A stretch of 64,000 nucleotides of DNA from Candidatus Micrarchaeia archaeon (GTDB lineage: Archaea; Micrarchaeota; Micrarchaeia; CABMEP01): the NCBI GenBank assembly GCA_038886535.1, contig JAVZXS010000001.1:64001-128000 (forward strand), read 5' to 3'. Positions within the stretch are counted from its first letter, which is position 1. Each line of letters begins with the position of its first letter. The notes under the pieces are model-generated. The model saw nothing but the letters and a program-made list of their open reading frames with translations. It had not been told where the DNA came from and searched no databases. This document shows, piece after piece, positions 48,997 to 58,759 of this stretch. Made by a program: the position numbers and the translations under genes.

Positions 48997-49045
48997 CTTA
49001 ACTTTTTTATATTTAAAGGAAAATAGATCAAAAAATGGATTATAA

Positions 49046-50458
49046 TCAGATTTCACATTTTAGATTTTCTCTTCTAATTATTTCTCTCGCTGCAATCAAT
49101 CCCGTAACAGCAGCTGTAACTATTCCTCCACTTACCCCAGCTCCATCTCCTACAGTAAAGAGATTTTTGATCTGTTTACATTCCATATTTTTACTTATAT
49201 CTAATCTTACAGATTTGAACTTGATCTCAGGAGCATACAATAAGGTATGCTCTTGATTCACTCCAGGTATAACCCCAGAAAGCATGTCTAATCCCTCAAC
49301 TATGTCATTTACAATTCTTTCAGGCATTGCCATGCTTATATCTCCAGGAGTTACCTCTTTGTTTGTTGGTTCAACATAGCTCTTTTCAATTCTATCCCAA
49401 GTACTCCTTCTTCCTTTCTTGAGGTCGCCAAGTCTTTGAAGTATGGGTTTTCCACCACCGATTGTAGTTGCAAGCCTTGCAATGCTTTCTCCGTAGAGTG
49501 TTGTATTTTCAACCGGTTCTGTTAATTTCACTCTGACTAGAAATGCAAAATTAGTATTGTTTGATTTTTTATCCTTCATGCTATGGCCATTAACAGAGAC
49601 GAAGTCGCCATAGTTTTCAGTTATAACGAAGCCTTTAGGGTTGGTGCAAAAAGTTCTTACAAAATCATCATATTTTTTAGTAGTTATATGAAACTTAGGA
49701 TCCCAGTTTATTGAAGTAACCTCTTCCATAACTTCATTATTTACCTCAACCCTTACCCCAATATCCAAAGGACCATATTCATAATTTATTCTATATTTAT
49801 TTGCTAAATCAAGAAGCCATCTTGATCCAGCTCTTCCAGGCGCAAGTATTACGTAATCAGAATTAATCTCATATTCTTTATTGTTTTCAACTATCAATCC
49901 TTTTATTTTATTATCTTCTATTATCAAGTCTTTTGCCTTTGTTTTTATCTTTATTTCCACTCCATTATTTTCCATTTCTCTCTTTATATTTTGGACAACA
50001 GATGGAAGATGATCTGAGCCAACATGCTTTTGTTTTATAGGAATATACTTTATGCCTGCCTGCATAGCCTTTATCCTTAATTCCTCTGCCTTATGGTTTA
50101 CTTCTGCCTTAGTTTCCACTCCATTCTTAACCAAAACATTGTCTACATAAGCAATCAACTTTTCAGCATCGCTTCTGCTTGTGAATTCAAGCATGTTTCC
50201 TCCTATCTCTGGATCAAGGTTTATCTTTCCGTCAGAAAAAGTTCCGCTTCCACCCATTCCTTGAATATAATGTGGCGCTGCAGTAGATCCTCCATCTTTG
50301 ATCTTTTCAGATCTCTCTTTTATATCCTCTCCCATTTCAACCAAAACTACATTCATACCTGCTTTTCCTAAAAGATAGGATGCGAAAATTCCTGCTGGAC
50401 CAGCACCGACAACTATTACTTTCTTCATAACTATCCAGTCATCATTTTTTACAAACAT
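49046..50458 (-). CDS. NAD(P)/FAD-dependent oxidoreductase (COG2509-like)
   Basis: VVGAGPAG, GGSGTFSDGK, DIGVRVE, RTFCTNP, YAPEIKF, GDGAG; start may be 50428. Confidence 0.9.
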   Translation of the reverse strand: MFVKNDDWIVMKKVIVVGAGPAGIFASYLLGKAGMNVVLVEMGEDIKERSEKIKDGGSTAAPHYIQGMGGSGTFSDGKINLDPEIGGNMLEFTSRSDAEKLIAYVDNVLVKNGVETKAEVNHKAEELRIKAMQAGIKYIPIKQKHVGSDHLPSVVQNIKREMENNGVEIKIKTKAKDLIIEDNKIKGLIVENNKEYEINSDYVILAPGRAGSRWLLDLANKYRINYEYGPLDIGVRVEVNNEVMEEVTSINWDPKFHITTKKYDDFVRTFCTNPKGFVITENYGDFVSVNGHSMKDKKSNNTNFAFLVRVKLTEPVENTTLYGESIARLATTIGGGKPILQRLGDLKKGRRSTWDRIEKSYVEPTNKEVTPGDISMAMPERIVNDIVEGLDMLSGVIPGVNQEHTLLYAPEIKFKSVRLDISKNMECKQIKNLFTVGDGAGVSGGIVTAAVTGLIAAREIIRRENLKCEI

Positions 50459-50587
50459 ATTTTAATCTATCTAATCTTCACTGCGAATTTTTTCTCATTT
50501 TAATTTTAAATTGAGAAATAGTGATTCATTAGGTTCTAATATGATAATACTTTAAAATTTTATGTTCAATTTGTTTTTATTAAATTT

Positions 50588-51241
50588 TTGGTGATAAATT
50601 TGGAATCAATTTTCAATGATATAAAGAGAGGTAGACCTGTTCTTGTATATGAACCTGAAGAAGATGAATTTTCTATGATGATTTTGGCAAATAAAATGAA
50701 TATAAGTAAGATGCGTCTTATGAAGAAATACGCTTCTGGAGATATCGGAGTAGCTATATCTTATGAACTTGCCTCAAAAATAAAAATCCCATTTCTTCAT
50801 GAGTTAATTATTTCTCATAAAAAGAAAATTCCAAACATAAAAAAAAGCAGTTTATCTTTACTTATTGACCATGTTAAGGCGAAAACAGGATCATCAGATA
50901 AAGATAAATTATTATTAATTAAAGAAATAGCATCTGCTGCTAAGAGTAAAAATTATGAAAAATTTGTCAAAAATATTTACATTCCAGGTCATCTTAAATT
51001 TTTTATTGCAGCAAAAGGTCTTTTAGATTCAAGACAAGGTCATACAGAATTAAATGTAGCACTTGCTAGATTAAGTGGCCTTAAACCTCACGAAGTAGCA
51101 ATAGTAATGTGTTCTCTTCGAAATCCAAAAAATGGAAAAATGATTACTAAGAAAGACTTAAATAAATTTTCTGACTTAAAAAAATTGCCAATAATTGATA
51201 GAGATGTAATCTTAAGATATTGGAGAGAAGAGTATGGATAA
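50588..51241 (+). CDS. Divergent RibB (DHBP synthase)-fold protein
   Basis: GRPVLVY, TGSSDKD, PGH, RQGHTE; lacks the usual RE(G/N)E(T/G)D acidic motif and has CSL for CE. Confidence 0.75.
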   Translation: MVINLESIFNDIKRGRPVLVYEPEEDEFSMMILANKMNISKMRLMKKYASGDIGVAISYELASKIKIPFLHELIISHKKKIPNIKKSSLSLLIDHVKAKTGSSDKDKLLLIKEIASAAKSKNYEKFVKNIYIPGHLKFFIAAKGLLDSRQGHTELNVALARLSGLKPHEVAIVMCSLRNPKNGKMITKKDLNKFSDLKKLPIIDRDVILRYWREEYG

Positions 51242-52169
51242 TATTCTTAAAAAGCTGTATATGATTAGATACTTTGAAGAAAAAGTTGCTGAATTGCATA
51301 AAGAAGGAATTGTTAACGGAACAGATCATTTCAGTACAGGTCAAGAAGCTATTCCAATAGGAGTTTGTTCACACTTAAGGAAAAGTGATATAGTTACATG
51401 CGGACACAGAGTATATCACATCGCACTGAGTTGTGGGTTGAAACCAGAAAAAATTTTTGCAGAACTACTTGGAAAAACAACAGGATATAATAAAGGATAT
51501 GCGGGAGCGATGCATTTTTCATCAAAAAGTGAAGGCTTTTGGGGAGCTAACGGAATAGTAAGTGCTAATGTAGCTATTTCTAGTGGTATAGCATTAAGTT
51601 TAAAGGTACAAAAAAGTAATTCTATTGTTGTAACATTTCTTGGAGATGGTGCTACAACACAAGGTATATTTCATGAAACTCTTAATATGGCCTCTCTTTG
51701 GAATTTACCAATACTTTTTGTTTGTGAAAACAACTATTGGGCTCAATCAACATCTATAAAAGAACATTCTGCCGTAATAGATCTTGCAAAGAAGGTAAAA
51801 GGAGCATATAATATAGAATCTTTAAGAGTAGATGGAACAGATATAAATAAAGTGATGAAGAGTAGCAAGATAGCAATAGATAAAGTTAGAAAAGGAAAAC
51901 CTGTGTTTATAGAATTTTTGACATACAGACAATGCGGACATTCAATAAATGATGTTGATAAATCATATTTCACAAAAGAATATATAAGAAAAGCAAAACT
52001 AAATGATCCAATAATAAAATATGAGAGATATCTTATTAAGAAGAAATTAATAACGAGAGAAAAAATTGAAGAGTTAAAGAAGGAAATAAAGGAGCAGCTT
52101 GAAAAAGATCTAATTGCAGCTAAAAATGCTAGATTGACCGAATTAAATGAAATAGAGGTTTTTAAATGA
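51234..52169 (+). CDS. TPP-dependent dehydrogenase E1 alpha (acetoin/pyruvate dehydrogenase type)
   Basis: GQEA, HR, ELLGK..G..KG.AGAMH, GANGIV, GDGA...ENN TPP motif, TYRQCGHS. Confidence 0.92.
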   Translation: MDNILKKLYMIRYFEEKVAELHKEGIVNGTDHFSTGQEAIPIGVCSHLRKSDIVTCGHRVYHIALSCGLKPEKIFAELLGKTTGYNKGYAGAMHFSSKSEGFWGANGIVSANVAISSGIALSLKVQKSNSIVVTFLGDGATTQGIFHETLNMASLWNLPILFVCENNYWAQSTSIKEHSAVIDLAKKVKGAYNIESLRVDGTDINKVMKSSKIAIDKVRKGKPVFIEFLTYRQCGHSINDVDKSYFTKEYIRKAKLNDPIIKYERYLIKKKLITREKIEELKKEIKEQLEKDLIAAKNARLTELNEIEVFK

Positions 52170-53086
52170 AATATATCGATGCGATTAGAAATGTAATAAT
52201 AAATGAAATGGAAAATAATGAAAAGATAATTGTCATGGGACAAGATATTAGAGAGTGGGGAGGTTCCTCTGGGCTATTTAAAGGCCTAGATAAAAGGTTT
52301 AAAGGTAGAATAATAAACACACCTATTTCAGAAGCAGCAACCGTAGGTATAGGAATCGGGGCAGCAATGAACGGAATGAGACCAATAATAGAATTTACTT
52401 TCTTTGATTTTCTACTTTGTGCAGCCGATCCTATAATCAACCATGCTGCAAAAATAAAAGCTCTTTCTAATGGAGATTTTAATGTTCCTTTAATTATAAG
52501 AGGAGTTCTATCATCTCATAGAGGTTATGGTGCAACTCATTCGCAAAATTTAGAATATATCTTCATGTGTCCAGGACTTAATGTTGTATATCCTTCAAAT
52601 CCAGATGATGCAGCAGGGCTTATGAGATATGCACTAAATCAGAGTGATCCTGTTTTATTCATCGAGCATAAACTTTTGCACAACATGGAAGGAGGGGTTA
52701 CATCAGAATCAGTACCATTTGGAAAGGCTAAGATAAGGCAGAAAGGTAAGAATCTGGGGATTATTACATATGGAAGATTAGTTCCAATTGTAGAAAGAAT
52801 AATTAAAGATATGGATGTTGAATTGCTTGACTTAAGGTCATTAAATCCTTTAGATAAAGAATCGATAATTGCAATTAGTAGAAAAACAGAAAAAATTCTT
52901 ATAATAGAAGATGGTATCGGATTTGTTGCATCTAAAGTTGCAGCTATAGTGCATGAAAACTCAAACGCAAAGGTAAAAATAATGCATGCAAAAGAGTTTC
53001 CAATTCCTGCTGCCAAAAATTTGGAAAATTATGTTTTACTTACAGATGACAAAATTACAGAAGTAATAACCTCTTTTATTAAATGA
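52166..53086 (+). CDS. TPP-dependent dehydrogenase E1 beta
   Basis: NTPISEA, GMRPIIE, GATHSQ, DPVLFIEHK, DLRSLNPLD. Confidence 0.92.
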   Translation: MKYIDAIRNVIINEMENNEKIIVMGQDIREWGGSSGLFKGLDKRFKGRIINTPISEAATVGIGIGAAMNGMRPIIEFTFFDFLLCAADPIINHAAKIKALSNGDFNVPLIIRGVLSSHRGYGATHSQNLEYIFMCPGLNVVYPSNPDDAAGLMRYALNQSDPVLFIEHKLLHNMEGGVTSESVPFGKAKIRQKGKNLGIITYGRLVPIVERIIKDMDVELLDLRSLNPLDKESIIAISRKTEKILIIEDGIGFVASKVAAIVHENSNAKVKIMHAKEFPIPAAKNLENYVLLTDDKITEVITSFIK

Positions 53087-53171
53087 GATATTGAATCATA
53101 AAATATAAATACTATTTTTACTTAATTTTATATTATTATCTGCTATTTGATAGTAGTTTATTAGTGATATT

Positions 53172-53927
53172 ATGGCAGAGATAACTGTTATCGTTGTTGG
53201 AAACATAGGTTCTGGAAAATCTACGTTTCTGAAAACTTTAGAAGAGAAGAAAACAGGCTTTAGACTTCTTCCTCTTTTAAGCATGCCTGGAGAGATAAAA
53301 GTAGAAAAAGAATCTCCAGAAGTTTTAGAAATTGTTGACAAGAAGTTCTATCCTGCACTAAGAGAAAAGAATAAGGACATGCTGTTTGTTGCAGAGTTAG
53401 ATATATTAAAGGCAAGGATAAGGCAGATGCAGGCAAACATGAGACAAGGAGGAATAGTTTTCAACGAGAGATGTCCTTATGAAGATAGATATGTATTCGT
53501 CGCAAACCTAAATCAATCCGGCCTTCTATCAAAGGAACATTATGAGATATACAAAAGAGAATATGAATATAGCATGAGATCAGTATCCCCTCCTGATTTA
53601 TTAATTTATCTTTATACTAAACCAGAGACTGCATTTAAAAGAAGAATGGATGAGATAAGGAGAGGGTCAGGTGGCCTACCAAGTGAATCTGGATTGACAT
53701 TGGATTACATAAGACAGCTGCATACTTACTATGAGAACATGATAAATGAAGAAATTCCGAAAGAGATTCCAAATTACAGGGATGTTATTTTAATAATCGA
53801 TGCAGATAGGGACTTTAGCCCTAAAGATCTGATTCGTTTCCATAACTATATAGAAGAGAGAGCACATAGACTTCTTATGAAAAGAGGATTTTATAGCAAT
53901 TCAAAATCAATATACAGACAAAAATGA
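53172..53927 (+). CDS. Deoxynucleoside kinase family protein 1
   Basis: GNIGSGKST, ERCPYEDRYVF, PDLLIYL, LDYIRQLH. Confidence 0.88.
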   Translation: MAEITVIVVGNIGSGKSTFLKTLEEKKTGFRLLPLLSMPGEIKVEKESPEVLEIVDKKFYPALREKNKDMLFVAELDILKARIRQMQANMRQGGIVFNERCPYEDRYVFVANLNQSGLLSKEHYEIYKREYEYSMRSVSPPDLLIYLYTKPETAFKRRMDEIRRGSGGLPSESGLTLDYIRQLHTYYENMINEEIPKEIPNYRDVILIIDADRDFSPKDLIRFHNYIEERAHRLLMKRGFYSNSKSIYRQK

Positions 53928-53951
53928 TCATATATATTGGAGTGTGTTGTA

Positions 53952-54695
53952 ATGGCAGAAGTAATAATTGGTGTGATGGGAGGAATTGGAATAGGAAAAT
54001 CTGAGTTCATTAAGTCAATGAAAAAAAGAAGATTCAGCTCGCAACTCCCATCAATGCTAGTAACTCCTGGCGAATTGAAAGTATATGAAGAATCAAAGCA
54101 GGTCAAAGACATTGCAGCTTCTGTTTTTTATCCTGCACTAAAGAGAAATGATAAATATACTTGCTTTGCTGCAGAGATAGCTATGCTCAGCGCAAGAGTA
54201 GAACAGATGCTTCAGGCATCAAAAGAAAACGGAATAGTTCTTGTTGAAAGAATTCCAGAAGAAAATAGATTCGTTTTTTTCGAGAACGACTATAAATCAG
54301 GAATATTCGGTGATCCAAATAGTAAGATTGCAAAATCATTCTACCAAAGTTATTCTGCTACTTATCAATATCTAAAAAATAAAATTCCACCTGTAAATGT
54401 TTTTGTATATCTAGATGTTAAACCAGAAATTGCACTAAAAAGAATAAAAGAAAGAGGAAGGAAATCAGAGAGAGGCATTGATATCACTTATTTAAGAAAT
54501 CTATATTCTCTTTATCAAAGATTGATTGATGAAATCCTACCTGAAATTGTTCCAATGTATGGGCAGAGGTTATTAAGAATAGATGCAAATAATGATATGA
54601 GCGATGAGGATTTGAAGAGATTCCATCTTCAGATAGAAGAAAGAATAATTAAGTCATTGCAACTACAAGGGTGGAGGCTAAAAAACCGAGAGTAA
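53952..54695 (+). CDS. Deoxynucleoside kinase family protein 2
   Basis: GGIGIGKSE, ERIPEENRFVF, lid KRIKERGRKSE, YLRNL. Confidence 0.85.
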   Translation: MAEVIIGVMGGIGIGKSEFIKSMKKRRFSSQLPSMLVTPGELKVYEESKQVKDIAASVFYPALKRNDKYTCFAAEIAMLSARVEQMLQASKENGIVLVERIPEENRFVFFENDYKSGIFGDPNSKIAKSFYQSYSATYQYLKNKIPPVNVFVYLDVKPEIALKRIKERGRKSERGIDITYLRNLYSLYQRLIDEILPEIVPMYGQRLLRIDANNDMSDEDLKRFHLQIEERIIKSLQLQGWRLKNRE

Positions 54696-54799
54696 ATAAT
54701 GCCGAATATAACGAACATAAGAAAAACAGCAAAATAAATTAATAGCAGAATGGCTTCAAATAATTTATATTCTTTTTGTAGATTATCTAATTGGTTTTT

Positions 54800-55570
54800 A
54801 TGGCATTTCTTCATATCGCTATAGAGGGAATATCTGGAAGTGGAAAAACAGACTTAGGATCTCTTTTAGAAAAACCCCCACTTGTATTCTCATTTACAAG
54901 AGGAATTGAATTTCCAGGAGGAGTACCAGAAGTTAAATTTTTTAGGGAAAGAGCGGATCAAAATCCTTTCTTGAAGGATTTTTATGAAAGCGGCATGAAA
55001 GAATCTTTTGCTTATGCTTCTCAGATGTTTTATCTAAATGCAAGATTTGTGACAAATATGAATATTAAGTCATATCCAGGTATAGCTCTTGAAGACAGGT
55101 CAATTTATGGAGATTTTTTATTTGCTAAGAATCTTTATGAAATGGGAAAATTAAGCAAAGAAGCATTTAATGAGTATTGCAGACACAGAGACTCAATAAT
55201 GAAAATATATGGAATTAAAGAGCCAGATGGAATAATATTTTTAGACATAAATGTAGATACTTGCTTAAACGAAAGGCTAAAAAAGAGAAAGACTGGAGAA
55301 GCATTGGATTATGAATATTGGGGAAGATTAATAAACGAATATAGACAGGAATTTCGTAGTCTTTCAGAAAAGATACCTACAATATGGATAGATGCAAATA
55401 CTGATTTCCTTAAGAATGAGAACTATGTTAGAAATGTCACAAGAAAGGCGAATAATCTCCTCAAGAGGATAATAGAAAAAAGAAAGAGAGAACAGAGTAT
55501 AGTGCAGGAAAAGCTTCCATTAGATATTAAAAAGCCTATTTCTACAGCAGTTCAGAAGCCACTTCTCTGA
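54800..55570 (+). CDS. Deoxynucleoside kinase family protein 3
   Basis: IAIEGISGSGKT, NPFLKDFY, QMFYLNAR, DRSIYGDFLFA. Confidence 0.9.
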   Translation: MAFLHIAIEGISGSGKTDLGSLLEKPPLVFSFTRGIEFPGGVPEVKFFRERADQNPFLKDFYESGMKESFAYASQMFYLNARFVTNMNIKSYPGIALEDRSIYGDFLFAKNLYEMGKLSKEAFNEYCRHRDSIMKIYGIKEPDGIIFLDINVDTCLNERLKKRKTGEALDYEYWGRLINEYRQEFRSLSEKIPTIWIDANTDFLKNENYVRNVTRKANNLLKRIIEKRKREQSIVQEKLPLDIKKPISTAVQKPLL

Positions 55571-55632
55571 TTTATAATAAAAAACATATTAAATTAATCG
55601 CTTTTATCTATCGGTTTTCTTTTTATATTCTT

Positions 55633-56847
55633 TTATAAAGCCTGTGCTATAATCAAATATGCCAAAAGCAAAACAGTTGCCAAAAATGAATATTTCAAAG
55701 TCTTTTTACCTACCTCTCTATTCAGCAAGAATGCGGCTGCTGTAGATGTTGCAAAGCTTCCAATTATCGCTGCTGCTATTGAGAGAAGGAGCTCTTTTTG
55801 ACTTATAGCAGTATATACACTTCCCAAGGAAAGCATAGTATATCCACTGCTTATTGTTGAAGCAATGAATGAAACGATTGGTAGAAATTGAGGGAAGTTC
55901 TGTGCGCTTAATTGGAACAAGATCAATGCAGCTATCAAGAAAAGAGTTGCATATACACTGTTTATTACAGTTATTGGTTTTTCTATAGTGTATTTTTTCT
56001 TTTTAGACGTTCTTTCCTTTAAAACAAGCAAAATAAGCATGCCAGCTATAAGAGCGAACAAGGGAAGAACTTTATCTATCATGTCATTCATCACTATCAC
56101 TACCAGCAGACTATTTCTAAGGATACTTCCAAGCATTGCAGCGATTACACCTTCGCTACTTATTCCCTGCTTTGTTTTATTTAATTGGTAGATAGAATAA
56201 GTTGAGTTTATTATTCCTCCAATAAAACCAGTTACAGTTATATTTTCTCTTCTAAAGATCCTGTAAGCTAAGAATGCAAATAAATTCAATAGTGTTACAA
56301 TCAGAAGGAATGCAAACACTAGAAATAGATCCAAACTTATTCCATAGATCTCAATAGGTTTTGGTGGTAATATTGGAAAGAGGATAAAAAGTATTATTCC
56401 TATCTGGATTAACTCACTTATTTCTTCATCTGTCAAAAGTTCAGCCGTTTTTTCTAATTTTTTTCCAATAGCAAGCGTTCCAACAATTAAAAAAGCAGCT
56501 GCAGTAGCTTCCCATACAAGTCCGCTTCCCACCATCAAACCAGAAAGAAAAAGAATTGGCATTAGATAAGAACTGATTTTGTCTGTTCCATTTTTCTTTT
56601 CTGCATTTTTTAGCAAATCATATGTGAGGGCAAGCACCATTATAAATCCAAGCATTGGAAAGAACTCAGCGAACGGAATTTCAAAGAGAATAGACATTGC
56701 ACTTATACAGCCAAAAATAGCTGAGAAAGAAAACATCTTTATATCTATTTGGTTTTTTGTTGTTCTCTTTCTTTCTAATCCAATTAGAGCTCCAATTGCA
56801 GCTGCAATGATTAACCTTGCTATTGCTTCATAAGTGGTTATAAGCAT
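55633..56847 (-). CDS. MgtC/SapB-DUF4010-like membrane protein
   Basis: IGALIGLER N-terminus, ILFPILP, GFIGGIINST; about 12 TM helices. Confidence 0.82.
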   Translation of the reverse strand: MLITTYEAIARLIIAAAIGALIGLERKRTTKNQIDIKMFSFSAIFGCISAMSILFEIPFAEFFPMLGFIMVLALTYDLLKNAEKKNGTDKISSYLMPILFLSGLMVGSGLVWEATAAAFLIVGTLAIGKKLEKTAELLTDEEISELIQIGIILFILFPILPPKPIEIYGISLDLFLVFAFLLIVTLLNLFAFLAYRIFRRENITVTGFIGGIINSTYSIYQLNKTKQGISSEGVIAAMLGSILRNSLLVVIVMNDMIDKVLPLFALIAGMLILLVLKERTSKKKKYTIEKPITVINSVYATLFLIAALILFQLSAQNFPQFLPIVSFIASTISSGYTMLSLGSVYTAISQKELLLSIAAAIIGSFATSTAAAFLLNREVGKKTLKYSFLATVLLLAYLIIAQAL

Positions 56848-56870
56848 CCAATCTGCCTCTTAAACATCTA

Positions 56871-57626
56871 TCATTTTTTGTTTATTCTTTTAACTATCTC
56901 TTGGCAAAGCTTCTTTGGATCGTCACTATTTTCTAATATTGTTCCAATTTGTATAATATCTGCGCCAGCATTAACAACATTTTCAGCTTCCTCAGGAGTT
57001 TTTATTCCACCTGCAATTATAAGTGGAATATTTATTGTCTTCTTTACCATCGATATCATTTCAAGGGGAACATGCCCTACTTTAGATGCTGATCCAACAT
57101 CCATAAGTATGAATTTTGATCCAAGATATTCACCAGCTAGCGCTAATGCAGCTCCTATCTTAGGTCTGTCACGAGGCACAAGATTAACATCTCCCACCCA
57201 ACCTACAGAACCACCTGGTTCAACAACAATATATCCAATGGATAATGGTTCTATTCCCATCTGTTTTATAACTGGGGACGCAAGCATCTGTGCCTGGCTT
57301 ATCCAATAAGGATTTCTGGAATTGAGAAGAGACATGAAATATACTGCATCTGCATATTTAGTTAGGGTTGCAATGTTTCCTGGGAACAATACAACAGGAA
57401 CCTTTACTTTTTCCTTAATCTTCTTTACAACCATATCTAGAAGCTCTCCTTGAACTCCTATTGAACCACCTACAAGTATCACTGCTGCCCCTCCTTCTGC
57501 TGCAGCAATAGCTGTTTTTATTGCATGTTCTATATCTTTATAATCCAGTGGATCTATCAATGCAAACAGAAGTTTCTCTTTTTTGTTTAATCTCTCTTTG
57601 ATGTATTTTTCAACTTCATATTTCAT
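56871..57626 (-). CDS. Geranylgeranylglyceryl phosphate synthase (group II)
   Basis: LIDP, LVGGS, LFPG, FMSLLNSRNPYW, GYIVVEPG, AGGIK. Confidence 0.93.
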   Translation of the reverse strand: MKYEVEKYIKERLNKKEKLLFALIDPLDYKDIEHAIKTAIAAAEGGAAVILVGGSIGVQGELLDMVVKKIKEKVKVPVVLFPGNIATLTKYADAVYFMSLLNSRNPYWISQAQMLASPVIKQMGIEPLSIGYIVVEPGGSVGWVGDVNLVPRDRPKIGAALALAGEYLGSKFILMDVGSASKVGHVPLEMISMVKKTINIPLIIAGGIKTPEEAENVVNAGADIIQIGTILENSDDPKKLCQEIVKRINKK

Positions 57627-58631
57627 TTAAATTACCTCCGATTCTTTATAATTCTCTTTTTCTAATTCATCTTTTTTTGCTTTTTCTATCTTATTAGTAT
57701 TTTTAGATTTATAAATGTCTACTATTTCTTTAATCCCCTGCATTAAAGGTATTACAGGTGTCCAACCAAGTGCCTTGCTTGCTCTTTCTGTATCAAAAAC
57801 CCTGTGAGAAGCTAATACATTTATGTCTTCGCTACTTATAGAAGAACCAATTGTAAAGATCTTTCCAATAATTGGCGGGATTCTCAATGGAGAATATTTC
57901 TTTCCAAGTAATTCTGCAACATAAGAATATATTCTTTCTTGAGTCATTGTTCTATTCTCCACTATGTTGAATGTTGCGTTGCTTATGTTTGATCTAGATG
58001 CAAGTATTATTGCCTCAGCAACATCTTCTGCATGTACAAATGGTATTACATTTTTTCCATCTCCAAAAATAGGCATCGTCCCTTTATCTATCATCTTTAC
58101 TACTCTTGCATATGTCTTGTAATATGTTTTGCCGTACATAACGCCAATTCTTAGAATTATGTAAGGAAATGAGCCATAGTAAGAATTAATAACTCTTTCA
58201 GCTTCCAGTTTTGATTTCGCATATAAATCAGTTGGATTTGTAGGGGTCTTTTCAGTTACAGGATTCTCTAAAGGCTTTTTTCCATATACTCCAGTTGTGC
58301 TTGCAAATATTAGTTTCTTGTTGAATTTTGCACATGCCTCTGCAACTGTTTTAGTTCCTTTTATATTCACCTTTTCGAGAATTTCCCAATTTCCACTGTA
58401 ATCTATAATTCCAGCAAGATGAACCACAACATCTGATTTCGCAACTCCTTTCTCTATCGCATTTCTATCATTTATATCTCCCACTATGATCTCCACATCC
58501 TTCATAGGTGGAAGTTTTCTTTTCTCTTCTTCATTTGCCACCAGCAATATCAAATTTTGATGTCGCTCATATAGCTTCTTTGTCAAAACAATTCCAAGCC
58601 TTCCACTTGCTCCAGTTATAAAATAATACAT
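57627..58631 (-). CDS. NAD-dependent epimerase/dehydratase (extended SDR)
   Basis: ITGASGRLG, HLAG, YAKSK, FVHAEDVA. Confidence 0.9.
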   Translation of the reverse strand: MYYFITGASGRLGIVLTKKLYERHQNLILLVANEEEKRKLPPMKDVEIIVGDINDRNAIEKGVAKSDVVVHLAGIIDYSGNWEILEKVNIKGTKTVAEACAKFNKKLIFASTTGVYGKKPLENPVTEKTPTNPTDLYAKSKLEAERVINSYYGSFPYIILRIGVMYGKTYYKTYARVVKMIDKGTMPIFGDGKNVIPFVHAEDVAEAIILASRSNISNATFNIVENRTMTQERIYSYVAELLGKKYSPLRIPPIIGKIFTIGSSISSEDINVLASHRVFDTERASKALGWTPVIPLMQGIKEIVDIYKSKNTNKIEKAKKDELEKENYKESEVI

Positions 58632-58759
58632 CTAATCACGCTAAATAAGCTTATAAGAAAACATTAATTATTTGATACTTAGATTTAATATCTTTTTCCT
58701 TCTATAATTCTAATAATAAACACAAAATCTCACTTATTTCAAGTTATAAAGATGATTAT

